From contig JAPDFW010000123.1 of the NCBI GenBank assembly GCA_028826165.1, forward strand, positions 100,776 to 164,775: 64,000 nucleotides of DNA, written 5' to 3'. This document shows positions 12,201-27,167 of the stretch, piece by piece. The notes beneath the pieces are model-generated. The model did no database searches. It was not told the DNA's origin and saw only the letters and a list, made by a program, of their open reading frames with translations. The stretch is from Anaeramoeba ignava BMAN. Lineage: Eukaryota; Protista; Anaeramoebae. A program made the translations under genes and the position numbers. How positions within the stretch are numbered: the first letter of the stretch is position 1; each line of letters begins with the position of its first letter.

Positions 12201-14550
12201 ATTGATTTAATTTAATTTATATTTAATTTATAAATATTTAATTTAATTTAATTTAATTTAATTTATAAATATTTGATTTGATTTAATTTATAAATATTTA
12301 ATTTGATTTAATTTATAAATAATTGATTTGATTTAATTTATAAATATTTGATTTGATTTAATTTATAAATATTTGATTTGATTTAATTTATAAATAATTA
12401 ATTTATAAATAATTAATTTATAAATATTTAATTTATAAATATTTGATTTAATTTAATTTAATTTAATTTAATTTAATTTAATTTATAAGTATTTGATTTA
12501 ATTTAATTTAATTTATAAATATTTGATTTGATTTATAAATAATTAATTTGATTTAATTTATAAATAATTGATTTGATTTACTGCCCTTCAGTTGCACAAA
12601 AATGTATTGGTGTAGCTTGAAATATATTGTTAAAATTTATATTCGCTTTTGATGAAACTAAAATTTCTACACTTTTTAAATTCCCTATTTGTGAAGCCTT
12701 ATGTAATGGCGTTTCAAAAAAATTATCTATTAAATTAACATCAGCTCCATTATCAAGAAGTAATTTTAAACATTCGGGAAAATCTACAGCAAGATGAAGT
12801 GCTGCAAATCCTTCATTTGAACTACGACTATTGATTTCAATCTCTTTTTTTGATAAAATTTCTTCCACTTTTGAAATATCATTTTCAAGAACTGCAATAT
12901 GAAGTTCATTCCATCCTCCAATAGAATCATCTTCTTCAATACTATCATCAAAATCATCACTTTTTTTCTTGAATGTAATGGTTTTTATTAATGTTTTCAT
13001 ACACATTTTTATCATAATTAAAACACATTTTTTTTGATTGCGATTAAATGATGAATAAATAGGTGTTTTTCCTGATCTACTTTGATGAGAAGGTGAAGCT
13101 CCCTTTTGTTTTTTTTTTGTTGATTCAGGTAAATATAAAATATAAATATATTTGTTTCATCGTTTAATTTACTTTTTGAATAAGAAAATCAACAATTTCT
13201 GCATTTCCATTATATCCTGCCCAATGTAACGCAGTATAACCTTCTTGATCTTCTTCATCAACTGAAACACCTAATTCTATTAATTCCCGACATCCTTCTA
13301 AATATTCATATTGAGTACACAGTATTAATGGTGTTATTCCACTATTTATTTAAAATATTTTAAATATTTTTGAATATTTTAAATATTTTTGAATATTTTT
13401 AAATATTTATTTTTGAATATTTACTCATTCTCTTTTGTAAAAAGATCAAATGAAAGGTTTTCACTTGCTAAAACCTCTTTTAATAAAGATGTATTTTTTT
13501 GTTTAATTGCTTTTGCTAATTTCTGAAATGATTTGAGAATTTTAATAAAATAATAAGTTAAATATTTCCATTTTAAAATTTTGGAAAAAAAAATAAAATA
13601 AAATAAATGAAATAGAAAGTACTTTAATTGGTGATTGAGGTTCATTAGACATTGAAAATTGATTCTTAAATAATTCAAAATCAAATAATGCTTCATCAAC
13701 TAATTTTTAATTTTTAATTTTTAATTTTTATTTTTTATTTTTAATTTTTAATTTTTAATTTTTAATTTCTAATTTCTAATTTTTACAACTTCTAAAAGAG
13801 CTTCTAGATGATCTTCGATATGATATTGGAGTTTGTGGATCATCTTGAGAAGATCTCTCACTATTTTCTGAATCTGTAAATACTGAACCTTTTCAAATAT
13901 TTATTTTTATTTTTATTTTTATTTTTATTATTTTTTTATTTTTTTAAATAATATTTTTTGATTTAAATTTTACTTTCAGAATAATTTTTTGAAGAAGTTG
14001 AACGTTTTCTTCTTTTTGTTTTAATTTCCTGAATATCTAAAGATGGAGCAACAGGTTTTTTTCCTTTAAAATAAAAATAATATTTTGTCATTTAAAATTT
14101 GATTAAGAAATTTTATTTCAAAAATTATATTTACTTTGATCAACTTTTTCTCTTTCAGAAACAATAACAGTTTTACAATTCGAATCAATTCGAACTTTTT
14201 CTGTTGGTAAATATTTTTTTCCACAAATTTGAAGATATTCAATCTTTTATAATTTTTATTTTTATTATTTTTATTTTTATTATTTTTATTTTTAAAGAAT
14301 AAATATATAAATAAAAATAAACTTACATTTAATGGTTTATCATTTGGAAAATTTTCTTTAAATGCATCTAATATAATATTTAATAATGATTTTGTATTTT
14401 TTCTTGATTTTGTTGAAAGTTCAAAAACACATTCTCTTGAAGGAATTAGAATCTATAAAATAAAATTTAAAAAAGAATTTTTCGTAAATTTCAATTATTG
14501 AATTTAAAAAGAAATTTTTGAAATGTTTTTCAAACTTTAATAATATTCAT
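9270..14550 (-). CDS. Large ankyrin-repeat protein (about 20 repeats) with a multi-exon N-terminus
   Basis: ATG at 14550 follows TCATTTT repeats. Short GT-AG exons lie at 13000-14550, ankyrin exons at about 12582-13345 (WNELHIAV, FETPLHKAS), and a long last exon at about 10985-9270 carries many TPLHxA motifs. Confidence 0.85.
10988..12578. repeat. Intronic GATTT/AATTT/ATAAATA mosaic repeat
   Basis: Fills the last intron of the large ankyrin gene. Confidence 0.85.
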
Positions 14551-15018
14551 TTTTATTATTTCAAAAAAGAAAAATGAAAAATGAAAAATGAAAAATGAAC
14601 AAATTTTAATTTTTATTCCAAAAAAATTTAAAAAATTGAAATTGAAATTGAAATTGAAATTAATTTTGAAATTGATTTTGAAATTGATTTAGATTTTGAA
14701 TTTGATTTTGAAATTGAAATTGATTTTAAAATGGAAATTGAATTTGATTTTGATTTTGATTTAGATTTTGATTTTGAAATTGAAATTGAAATTGAAATTG
14801 AAATTGAAATTGAATTTGAATTTGATTTTGATTTTGAAATTGAAATTGAAATTGAAATTGAAATTGAAATTGAAATTGAAATTGAAATTGAAATTGAAAT
14901 TGAAATTGAAATTGATTTTGAATTTGATTTTGAATTGATTTTGATTTTGAATTGATTTTGATTTTGAAATTGATTTAGATTTTGAATTTGATTTAGATTT
15001 TGATTTTGATTTTGAAAT

Positions 15019-18000
15019 TTAATTAAATTCAAAAGAATTAAAAAATAATTTCCCATCTACAGTTCCAACAATAATAAACCGCTCAGATTCAGAAATCTCT
15101 AAAGAAAAAATAGGAGAACCAATATTGATCTGATGAACCAAAAGAAGATCATACAAAGAACGAATCTCAACAAAACCTTTATTGCCTCCAAGAATAATAA
15201 AATTGTTATCTTTTGAAATTTGAAGAGAAGAAATTTGTTGATAACAAGGAATTTCCTTCAGAAACTTCCCATTAATAGAAAACAATCTAATCATCATATC
15301 CTGTTCAGAATAAACAACAACATATCCTCTAGAGGAGATCTTGAGAGCAGAAACAGGATTTTGTGTACTAGAAGAGAATGTACGGACATATTCGCCTTCC
15401 TTGAGAGTGGAAATAATGCAAGTTCCATCCTTAGAGCCACTGATAACAATATTTAGCTCAATGCTGATATCAACGCAAGACACTTCATCGTCGTGTCCAA
15501 CTAAAATGTGAACAGGATTGCGTTTCACTTTGCCTTTTTTGGGATCGAAGCGCCAGACAATAACTGTTGTGTCTTTGGATCCTGTGACAAGAACACTTTT
15601 TTGGATCGCTAAACAAGTTACAATATTCTGATGTTTTTTAACGTTCTGAATGATTCGGAGATTCTCAATGTTTATTGATTTGAACGAACAATCCCAGAAC
15701 CCGCAGCACATAAGACAGTGGTTTGTTGTGGAAAGAGCCATGCAGTTCGAAAAGTTCTTCATGTCTCGACTAAAAGAAATCGCAAACGACTTTCCTGTGC
15801 CAGCACTGCGCTCTTGATCAAAAAGAAACGGGAACGATGTCTTTGATTCAGAGAGCGGGATCCACTCTCCGTTATGGATAACCCGATTTTTGTCGACAAG
15901 CACAACTCTTCCAAAAGATCCAAGAAAAGATAGGTTCTGATGTGACCCAATCAACTTGACAAAGACAATCGGGTTCTCGGAAATCTGGAGAGAAAACATG
16001 TGCGTAGGACTTGATATATTTGTGAAGTTCCAGAGTGTCTGTCGGACATCAAAATCCACAATTGAAATTCTTTTGGGATGTTTTTTATAAAAAAGTTGAG
16101 TTGGTGTTTGTCCGTAGTTCTCGATTTGCGACTGCACTGAAAGCAGATCGCGCGGATCAATCTTGTCAAAATTCACAAGGTTCGGATACGTCAGATAATG
16201 AAACACATTGTTTGCCTTTTCGGCCTCTTTTCCTTGTTGTTGATAGCCGAATATCAAATCAATCCATTGATTCAAATTTTCGGAAACATATTCACTTTCA
16301 AGTGCATCTCGGTTCATCCGAATGAACTCCTCAGGTGAAGAAGCCCAACGAGGAAGCTCGACATCATCGAGAACCCGATTCGAACTCTGCAAAGCGCCGA
16401 GATCCAGACTGTTCGAGTTCTCCAGGAAATCAGGCAAATAGAAAAATTCGGGAATCAATTCTTTAAGATCAGTTGGATTTCTTAAACAATTTTGCCATGC
16501 CAATTCTAGTGAGTGAAAAATCCGATCAGGCCTGTCGAATTTCCCTCCTTGATATTGCACCGCAAAGCTTGTGAAGGGTTCCATCCGAATAAGATACCAC
16601 AAAACAACGCCAGGACTTGAATAGTGAGTTCCATAAAGAAAAGGCATCATGTCATCATTGAATGAATTGTATCTTTCTTTAAAGGATTTCAGTCTCTCCT
16701 CATTAAGTGCCCCAATAGGCTTGGAAAGATCGCGGAAATTTTCTGTATTTTTCAGATCAATTACTGATGAAGTATAATTCGAAAGAACCCACGGAAATAC
16801 TGGATACTGTCCAAAATCATTGTAACTTCTGCCGGAAATTGTGTTCAAATGCATCAAATATTCGAAATTCGAAATTTCTCTTTTTCGCCACTTCTTTTTC
16901 AATCCTAATTTTCGCAAGTAACTGCGTGGATGGCCCGTGAAATACTGCACATTTCCGCGACTGCGAACGTGTTTGTGCGAGATGATTTTTCGGAAAACTT
17001 CTTCCGATTTGGTCTTATTTTCTAAATTTATCAGGAGACTTCGTCCATTTTGAAAAAAGATTTCAATCGCAGTTTCCTTGTGGATATATCGTCTGAAAAA
17101 CACTGCAATAATCCATGCCATCTGCCAATAGTACTCCTTTCCGCCGCCTGTGTTTGTATAGACTTGCTGATCAACCTCCTCTTTTTTGGACACAACCAAA
17201 GAAAGAAGACTTGTCGAAATTTCCAGCATACTTTCTTGTTTGTTCAATCCATATATCCGCCAGCAATTGCAGCGGTACAGCGTCTCCTGGACTTGCTCTC
17301 CTTCCTTCATAGACAGCGCCTGTATCTTATTGCGTTCAGTCTCGATATCTTGCTCAAATTCAACTGACCGATCACTATCATTTGTATCCGATTTTGGACC
17401 TGCCCATTCCGTTGTGCTTTGGCGAGTCTCCTTCTTCTCTGCTTCGTTCGATCTTTCCAATATCCTTTGAAGTGTAGTCATTGATTCTTTGGCCTGTCGA
17501 GACAATTCACGTTCTGTTTCAAGCACAATAGGTGACTCCACTGACTCCATGTTTCTGCCTCGACTGATTCCCGCTTTTTTGTGATCTTTGTATTTATGAT
17601 TTGGTTTGAGCTTGATCCGTCTTCGCAAATGATCCTCGCTGAAATCTAACTTCCAGTGCAGTTTCTGTTTGCTGAGCTCATCGCTCCATGGTCCTCTTCC
17701 GTATATAATTCCTCTCAAAATCCGGTTGCATTTTTTCTCCACAAACCGATATTTTGCTGATCTTTGTATATTTTGCTTGTCAATCCGATTCCGTTCTTTC
17801 TTGACTAATTTTTGGATCTTCTTCTTGATTTCAGCTCTTTTTGTCTTCGCAAACAATCTGTTGATTTTGTACTCGTTCTCGAGAATATGCTTCACATTTT
17901 CAACAACAATCGCTTGTCTGTCGTTGTATTCCTTGTTGCGTTTCATGATTTCTTCATAGATTTTTTTCCTCTCCTCAAGGAAATTGTGAGACAATAAAGC

Positions 18001-21000
18001 TTTCCAATCTCTTCCCATAAATATTTGCATGAGATACGCTTCGTTTGAAGAATCCAATTTTGTTGTTGTTGTTGTTGTTTCTTTTTCAAAAATATTTTTT
18101 CCCTTTTGTTTTTCCAAATGAGAAAAAATGTAATTCCGTGATTTTTGTGGTAATAAATTAAACATGAAAGCAACATAAATTAAACACAGTTGCTTGTTTC
18201 GATCTTTTTCCTCAAGCTTTTCTTCTTCATTGATTCCTTCTTTTTTGTTTTTCATCAACTTATTCAATTCCACTTTGATTTTCTGGATATTTTCGTTTTC
18301 TTCTTCAATTTTCAATTCATCAACGTTTTTCAGCTCAACAAAGAAAAACTTCATCAAATGTGAAAAAACAACAAGAATTATCCGTCGTGTTCTCTCGTTG
18401 AGTTTATGGATCTTGATTTTTTGCTCAAGAAACTGTTCCAGAATTCCAAGATACTTAATTTTTTTCTTGGCTTTCTCTTCAACAAACACAATATTCAGCA
18501 AAAACTCCAAAACAATATCATTTACAAGATGTGCTTTTGCTTGATCACCAAATGGAATTGCCTTTTTCTCAAAAAAATGCATTTGATCCAGAACTTTAAC
18601 CAATATCTTTGTCAAATTGTCGTATTTATTTCTTTGGCTCGTTCTTTTTTTCTTCATCCAATTCCGTTGGAAAATTTTTGCCAAATTTTTCTCATCCATT
18701 CTCTGTTTATTGAATTGGATTGCATTTAATGATGTTGCTCTATTCAATGGGCTCATCAGTGATTGCGTGGGTTTGGGCTGACTTTCATTCCACGATTTGT
18801 TGTGGAAAACATCCAAAAATACTATTAATTTATACATATTTTCAATAAATATCTTGTTGATTTGCAAATATTTTTTTTCATCTGCTTCTAATTTTTCCAG
18901 GATTCCTTCGAATATATCCTCAAGAAATTTGAATATTAGTGATTCGTGATCCATGTTTCTTTTGGAAATGAAAAACAAATTTATCAATGATATTGTTGTT
19001 TCAAGATGTTTCCATCCATCCTTGATAAAAAAAATTGAATGCAAGTGCAAATCTTTAAATAGACTTAAAACTTCCTGACTCAACTCCAATATTGATTGCT
19101 GTGAATCCGTATTTATGTTGCTAATCTCATCAATATTTTGATTTATATTTTTTGTTTTTGATTTGATAAAGAAGCTTTGTGATTTCCACAAACGTATTTT
19201 ATGAACTCTTTCTTTTTCATCACTTTCTGTTGTTGTTGTTGTTTGATCATCAGAAATAACACTTATATCCAAATCACTCAAACGAACCTCCTTTTCTTCT
19301 TCCAAATCTCCCAAATTTTCACTTTGATTTCCATTAGATCTTGCATCCTTGATATGCTTCCCTTGTTGATTTGGAACAATCCCAATTAACTCAATCATCC
19401 ATTTTTGCCATCCAAATTGAGAAACAAAAATATTTTTGTTTTGTTGATTCCACAAAATAATGTTTTTTGCTGCTTTTAAAACATCGATTCCCAAATGGTT
19501 TTGGCTTGAGCCAATAAGTTGGAAAATTGTTTTGAAAATGAATGTGTTTTGGATATCCCATTTATGGATTGTGATATTCCCATTATTTTTGGTTTTGCTC
19601 TTGTTTATATTCTTCGTTTTAGATGCTTTCTTGTTCACAATCAAAGAAAAAAGTGTATTTGCAATTGGTGTTGTTAAAGGATACTTGACCAAAATATCAT
19701 GAATAAGATTAAATCCCGAATGTTCAGATACTCGTGATTCGAGTTTCATCTTTTTTTTCAAGATTTGGTCATCGTTAAAAACAACAAAATATTCTTCCAA
19801 TTTGTTGATAATTTGAAGGCAATTTTCTCGAATTGAATCATCTTGAGTATCCATTAGAAAAATAAACAAATCCATAAATCCAATACTTGGGAGAACTTCT
19901 CCAAACAGTTGTAAATCCTTTGTGAATATTCTCTGAATAAGTTGAATAATTTCATGAATAAATTCCGTTTCTTGCGAGACAAAACAACTCACAAGAAGAA
20001 ACTCCAAATTTACACTTGAATTGTTTAATTCTGAAATAGAATTCATCATCAATTCAATTATATGAAGAAACTTTGTTCTCATTTCGCGTATATCTTGTGT
20101 ATTTGGTCTTTTCTCAAAAAATTCACCTGCCATTTTCCCTATTTTATCCTCTTGACATCTTGAGTATTTATCTGGTTTCAACCAATAATAAACTCTCATA
20201 ATGTCAACCAAATCATGTACTTTTATCACAACATCCTCTTTCTTCTGAGAACAACTTATCAACATTGAAAATACTGATAGAACTGCTTTTTGTATCTTTG
20301 GTCGGCAATAAATCCAAATATCAAAATCCATCAAAAAATTTTCAACTAAATCTCTTCTGAATTTTTTGTCTTGTGTTTCAATTAGTAGTTTTTGGATTGA
20401 ATCAAATATTTTGCTTGAAAGATTTTCGGAGTTTATTTGTTTAAGGAAATAGGAAATCATTGAGAATCCTGATGATGTTATCATGTCTTCTTGGTTTTGT
20501 TTGTTTCTTATCATCATTTCTGTCAAAGTGATAAAAACAAGTGAGCAAAACATTCTGTTTTTTTTTCCATTATTTTGATTTATATTTTCATTTATATTTT
20601 CATTTGTATTTTGATTTATATTTTCATTTGTATTTTCATTTATATTTTCATTTATATTTTCATTTGTATTTTCATTTATATTTTGATTTGTATTTTCATT
20701 TATATTTTGATTTATATTTTGATTTATATTTTGGTTTATATTTTGATTTATATTTTGATTTATATTTTGATTTATATTTTGATTTATATTTTGATTTATA
20801 TTTTGATTTATATTTTGATTTATATTTTGATTTATATTTTGATTTATATTTTCATTTATATTTTGATTTATATTTTGATTTATATTTTGATTTATATTTT
20901 CATTTATATTTTCATTTTACGTATTTTCATTTATATTTTCATTTATATTTTGATTTATATTTTGATTTATATTTTGATTTATATTTTCATTTATATTTTC

Positions 21001-24000
21001 ATTTATATTTTCATTTATATTTTGATTTATATTTTCATTTATATTTTCATTTATATTTTCATTTATATTTTGATTTATATTTTCATTTATATTTTCATTT
21101 GTATTTTGATTTATATTTTGATTTATATTTTGATTTATATTTTGATTTGTATTTTCATTTATATTTTCATTTATATTTTGATTTATATTTTGATTTATAT
21201 TTTTGGTTTATATTTTCATTTATATTTTGATTTATATTTTGATTTATATTTTGATTTATATTTTGATTTATATTTTGATTTGTATTTTGATTTGTATTTT
21301 GATTTATATTTTGATTTATATTTTGATTTATATTTTGATTTATATTTTGATTTATATTTTGATTTATATTTTGATTTATATTTTGATTTATATTTTGATT
21401 TATATTTTGATTTATATTTTGATTTATATTTTGATTTATATTTTGATTTGTATTTTGATTTATATTTTCATTTATATTTTCATTTATATTTTGATTTGTA
21501 TTTTGATTTATATTTTGATTTATATTTTCATTTATATTTTGATTTATATTTTGATTTATATTTTCATTTATATTTTGGTTTGTATTTTGATTTATATTTT
21601 GATTTATATTTTGATTTGTATTTTGATTTATATTTTGATTTATATTTTGATTTATATTTTGAAATTCAGCTTCAGGTTGTTCTATTTGTACTAATAATGG
21701 AATAAAAATTTGAACACCTCCAATACAATAAATTATATCTTCAATTCTTGTTGATATACACTTAAACAAGCCTTGTAATTTTGCTTGTTTTTCTAAAACA
21801 CTATTTGGAGAATCATCAAAACATTCAGATTGCTCAGAAGATTTGCTATTTAAATATATAAATATCTTCTGTGTTTGATAATCAGAAAGAACTAAAGAGC
21901 TGAGTGTTTCACTCTGAAAATCTGCATTTTCACATTCATGAAAAAGGGAATCATAAGTAGGTCCAAGTTTATAAATACCATTAATTTCATTTACAGTTAA
22001 AAAATCATCAAAAAAATACATGGTTCCAATTTGGCCATAAAAAGGATTTTCTCCAACTTCATCTTGTTGAAAAAAAAGATCAAAATTTGATCCAATTCTG
22101 TTTTTGTTCAAAACTTGGCCAGTTGGGGGATATTTTATAAATTTAGAAGAAACTAATTTCCCATCTAAATATAAAATAGCTTCTGCTGATGATGACCAGC
22201 GATTCTTTTGGTGAGTAAGAGCAATAAAAACCCATTTTTGAAGTTGTATTTTGGTTGGGAATTTTGCTGATAGAATTTGTTCTGGATTGTGAATTTTAAG
22301 CTCGAAATATAAATTCTGCAAATTTGAATCGTGAATCATTTCAAATTGACTTGAAGGAACCAAGAACAATTCAACTCCGTATTTATCTTTGTTCAAAAAA
22401 CTAAATATTCGAGGTTTGTAGCTTGGCTTTATCAAAGGAGATTCAAGACTTTCAATTCGAATCCAAGTGCAAAACGAATATCCTTTTTTATTTGGCCATG
22501 TTTGTATTTCGGGAAGATCAATAACTGCATTTCTTCCATTAAAATCAAAGAAGGATTTGGGACCTTCTTCTTCTTTATTTCTAGATGTCATATTGTTGAT
22601 TTCGCTGAGAATCAATCTGGAATAAGCAGGTCGTATTTCTCCCTCTGAACTTTTCAACAGATGGAACATGTATTTCAATTCCTTCACTGATATTCGATGA
22701 GATCCAAGAATCCCAACAAGATTGAGTATTTTCTCCGTTAGATTTTCTGTTTGCACTTGCGGAATTAATTGGAGAAGAAAATAAGAAAGTTCTGCTTCAC
22801 AACAAACTGAACGATTGTGGATTGATTTTTCGCAAATTGTCTTGAATATTTGCAAAAGTTTCAGAAAATAATATTGAAGTGAATTGTTTGAATTTTCGTT
22901 TTCAAGTTCATCTAGAATATCCTCTAGTTTCTGTTCCTCAAAAGATTCTTCAATTCCCATTTCTTGGTATGCTTCCTTTTCAGATTCTTCTTGCTGCACA
23001 TTTTTTGGGAAAGGAGTGAATATTCGAAAAAGTAGAAGAACAATGTAGGGATTTTCAATAATAAAGTTATCTTCACGATCAAAAGTGATCGTTTCAGTTT
23101 TGGCAAAAAGCATACTTAGCAAACTACGAAATATCAAATTTCTTGAATTTGTGCATTTGGCCATAATTTTGCCAAATTCAATCCATCCAACTTCCTTTTC
23201 AAATGATTTGATATTTTCCGTGTTGTGATGGAAAAGAATTCTCAGCATTCTCAAGGATTCCTTGGAGAAGAAGTTCGCGGAATTCATCCGAAACCAAAAA
23301 GACTCCAATTGTTGAGAAAATTTTTGCTAAAATGAATTGCTTTTGAACCTCCAAAGAGACTTCAGCTATGCAATTACTCATTGATTTCAGCATATCATTC
23401 ATCAAATCAGATAAATATAAATATTCCTTGCTTGTTTTCTCAAGTTTTGATGCTGTTTGCTTGATGTCATTCATTTTCTCCATATATAAATACAAAAACT
23501 TCTGTAAGTGTTGAATTGCTCTTTTTCTGGTTGGTTCCGCATAATTGCTCCAAGATGAAACAATGAAAAATTGCGAATTTGCGGATCAAATAAAAAATCA
23601 AATAGCAAGTCAATATATTCTTTTTGCTGAATTATTATGTTTAAAATACTAGTTGAACAAAGTAAAAAATCAACAACTTCAAATCCAATGATCCGAATCT
23701 TGAGAAATTGGTTCTTGGAATATCCAAATGTTGGCTTCTCGTATTTATCGTCTCCCTGTTGTTTGAGATATCTTGAAAGCTTGAAATTGTAATTTCTTTG
23801 TTCTATATGGAATTTCTCAATTACCCCCAAAATAATTGGTAATGCTTTTGATTTTGCGAACAATTCCTGTATTTTGTTGTTTTTTGTCTTCAAAATATTG
23901 ATTAAGATTAAAAAAATATCCTCAACAATTTCCAAGTTAATTTTGTTCTGCTCCAAAAATTCAAGAAGAAAATCAAGATCTGCGATATCTCGAAACTTCA

Positions 24001-27000
24001 GGATGGCATAGCATATAAAAGTCATTAAATTCTGGTTTACATGGGAAAACATCATTTGCGAGGTTGTTGATCCAATAAATTCCTTGTTTAATCTTTGATA
24101 AAAATACTGTGAAAACAACACCTGCCAAAAATGTTGATTCCTTAATGTTTTATAATTCGAGTTTTCCATTTCACTAATAAAAAATGAAAGAACATATGAT
24201 TGCAGTTCTGGATCAATCAACCGAATAAAATTTCTTGCAAATGTATTTGGAATGGATTTGTGGAATTTGTTTCTGAAAAGATCAAGAAAAATACAAAGTA
24301 ATCTATCCTTCAGTGTTGAAACTGGAGAATCTGATGACCATTCATTTGATGTTAAAAGCGTGTTTTCTGTGTTCGATTTCTGAACATTTTCATTTGCAAT
24401 TTCGATTTTGTTCTCTTTTTGTCTCTTTTTTTTCTTTTTCTTTTCTTTCTCTAATTCTGATCTCCAATGGTATAATGATTTCAACACAAGAAACAAATGA
24501 TTGAAATGCGAATTTTTCGCTAAATCTGGGATAAACGAATTTTCCATCAATTCCTCAGTTGGTGTATAAAAAATGGCTTTTGCCAGGATTTTTTGTGGGA
24601 GAAATAACCCTGAACCAATAAATGTAAATCAAGATGATAATAATAATATAAATATAAATATAAATATAAATATAAATATAAAAATTAAAATTCCAATCCT
24701 TTTCCTTTAAAATTAATGATAATTTTATACCTCCTTCCAAATTCAATTCAAAATATTTTTCTGATATATTTATAAGCTTTTCTTGTTTAAACTCTGGGAA
24801 AACTGCGTTTATATCAATTTTCAAAAGCACCCGGATATTTTCTTGAAGATCCTTTTCAAAAAAAATGTTTGCTTTGCTTGAAATACCAGTTTTCTTTTTG
24901 CTTTCAACCTTCAAATTTGATGAACTTAAAACTTTTTTTAATTGTTGTTCTTTATCGCTTTGTGCAATCATTTGGCAAGACGAAACAAACGAATTGTAAT
25001 TAATTTTCAAATACTCCAAATTTATTTTATTTGCAAATCTCACACTAATCCATAAAATTAAGTCGCAAATTTTGGATATTATCACATTTTGGATAATTTT
25101 CGTTTCCATTTTTGGGAATTTCATAATCATTTTTTGCAAAACTTGAATCAATCTCATTTTCGTTTGAAATTCAAGCATAACTGCATTTTTATGTTTGATT
25201 TTGAATTTGAAATTCTTTTCTTTTTGTCTTTCATTTTCGCTTTTCATTAAATTATCCACATCTATATCATCAACATTGATAGTGAAATCGTATCCAAAAG
25301 GACTATCTGAATAAATATTTGGAATCGATTCACTTTGAAAGAGGATGCTTTCATTATCAAGATAACTGCTCAAATTTTCAAGAATCTCCAAATTTTCTGA
25401 AGATTGTAATGTTAATGGTTTTTTAGGTGTTAATAATATCAAGAAATTTTCAAGTAAAGTATCAGCGCTGTCGACATCCATTAAATCAAAATCAAGCATC
25501 CAATCAAACAAAGAGATGCAATTCAGTTCAATTTCAAATTGTTTTGGCGATATGAGAGCATTTTGATTGAATTTCGAGATCATGCCAAAGATATCTATCG
25601 AAAATCAAAATTAAATTCAAAATTAAATTAAATTCAAATTCAATATTAAAATTTTAAATTAACTAACCAACTAATGCTAATGGTAATTTTGTTTCTTGAA
25701 TCCAAAGAAAATGTTTTTTTGTTTGTTCAATTAATAATCCTTCAATACGTTGATTTTTTGGATGAACAAAATTCATAATCAAAATAAATATTTCATTAAA
25801 TATGAACAAAAATAAATTAATATCATTCATTATAATGGGATTTGAATTTGAAATTTGGAAATAAATGGACTAATTTATATAATAAATAGAATTTGAATTT
25901 AAATTTGAATTTAAACTTAGATTTAAACTTAGATTTAAATTTTCTTTTTTACTTGAATTGATGACAACATTCCAAATAATTCTCTAGTTAATTTAATACA
26001 TTCAAAGATTAAATTTTGAAAATCAAAATTCCATAATAATTGTCTATTCACTCTTGATCTTGATAAAATAGCTGCAAATTCAACTGTTATCGCATCACGA
26101 ATATCAAAATAAAATGATTTAAATTTTTGTAAATTCAAATTTTCTAGATTTTTTTCATCTTTTTCCAAATTAGGATATTGTGAAATTTTTAAATAATGAC
26201 TTTCAATTTCAAAGTATTGTTTCTGTTTAATTTCAATTAATTCTAATCAACAAATCAAAGATTTTAATTTTAATTTTAATTTTAATTTTAATTTTAATTT
26301 TAAATTTTAATTTTAATTTTAATTTTTAAATGAATTTTAATTTTAATTTTAATTTTAATTTTAATTTTAATTTTAATTTTATAAATGAATTTTAATTTTA
26401 ATTTTAATTTTAATTTTATAAATGAATTTTAATTTTATAAATGAATTTTAATTTTAGATTTTAATTTTAATAATACTTTGGAGATTTTCATTTAAAATCA
26501 AAATCCAATTTATAGCTTCCATAATAACTGAAGGAGGATGAGCAATATTTAACTCAATTGCTAATTCAATATCTTTTTCATTAAAATAAATTGATTTAAT
26601 ATTTTGCCAATTTTGAATTTTTTCTTTAATTGAAGGATTCCAATTTTGAAATGAAATTATAAATAATTTAGCAAAACTCCAAAACCAATCAATATAATTT
26701 GTCTTTTAATTTTATAAATGAATTTTAATAAATAATTTTGATTTTAATTTTATAAATTAATTTTAATTTTATAAATTAATTTTAATTTTATAAATTAATT
26801 TTAATTTTATAAATGAATTTTTTAATTTTATAAATGAATTTTAGTTTTAATACTCTTAATCCTTCTCTTCTTTTCCTCCAAAGATCATTTAATTCTTTTG
26901 AATGAATAATTTCTTGATGAAAAGAAAACTCTCCTTTTCTTTTTTTTTCTTCATTTTGAAATTTTGTTTGCAAAATATTTTCTCGATTTGATTTACTCAT
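15019..27000 (-). CDS. BEACH-domain protein (neurobeachin/LRBA/NBEAL type): ARM-like, ConA/LamG, PH-BEACH, WD40
   Basis: ConA-like FFDFNG...GYSFCTWIRIE; BEACH motifs ISNFEYLMHLNTISGRSYND, YPVFPW, YGTHYSS, KELIPEFFY and WIDLIFGY; C-terminal WD40 repeats. Several GT-AG introns. Apparent single-base indels near 23495, 23255 and 21200. Confidence 0.93.
20571..21660. repeat. 12-bp tandem repeat (AATCAAAATATA on the minus strand, N-Q/E-N-I), about 90 units, inside the BEACH gene
   Basis: Read directly from the sequence; appears to be partly exonic and partly intronic (see findings). Confidence 0.9.
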
Positions 27001-27167
27001 TGTTTTGTTTTATTTTTGTTTTGTTTTGTTTTATTTTGTTTTGTTTTTATTTTATTTTTGTTTTTATTAAAAGAAAGAAAGAAAAAAAATGAAAATAATT
27101 TTTTTTCATTTTCATTTTTTCATTTTCATTTTTTTCATTTTTTTCATTTAAAAAAAAAAAAAATATA

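Noticed and set aside
9554-19702. Short antisense and alternate-frame ORFs inside the ankyrin and BEACH exons
   Set aside because: They are expected by-products of locally higher GC and show no motifs.
20541-21705. Plus-strand FDLY / ILIY repeat ORFs
   Set aside because: They are the antisense reading of the BEACH gene 12-mer repeat.
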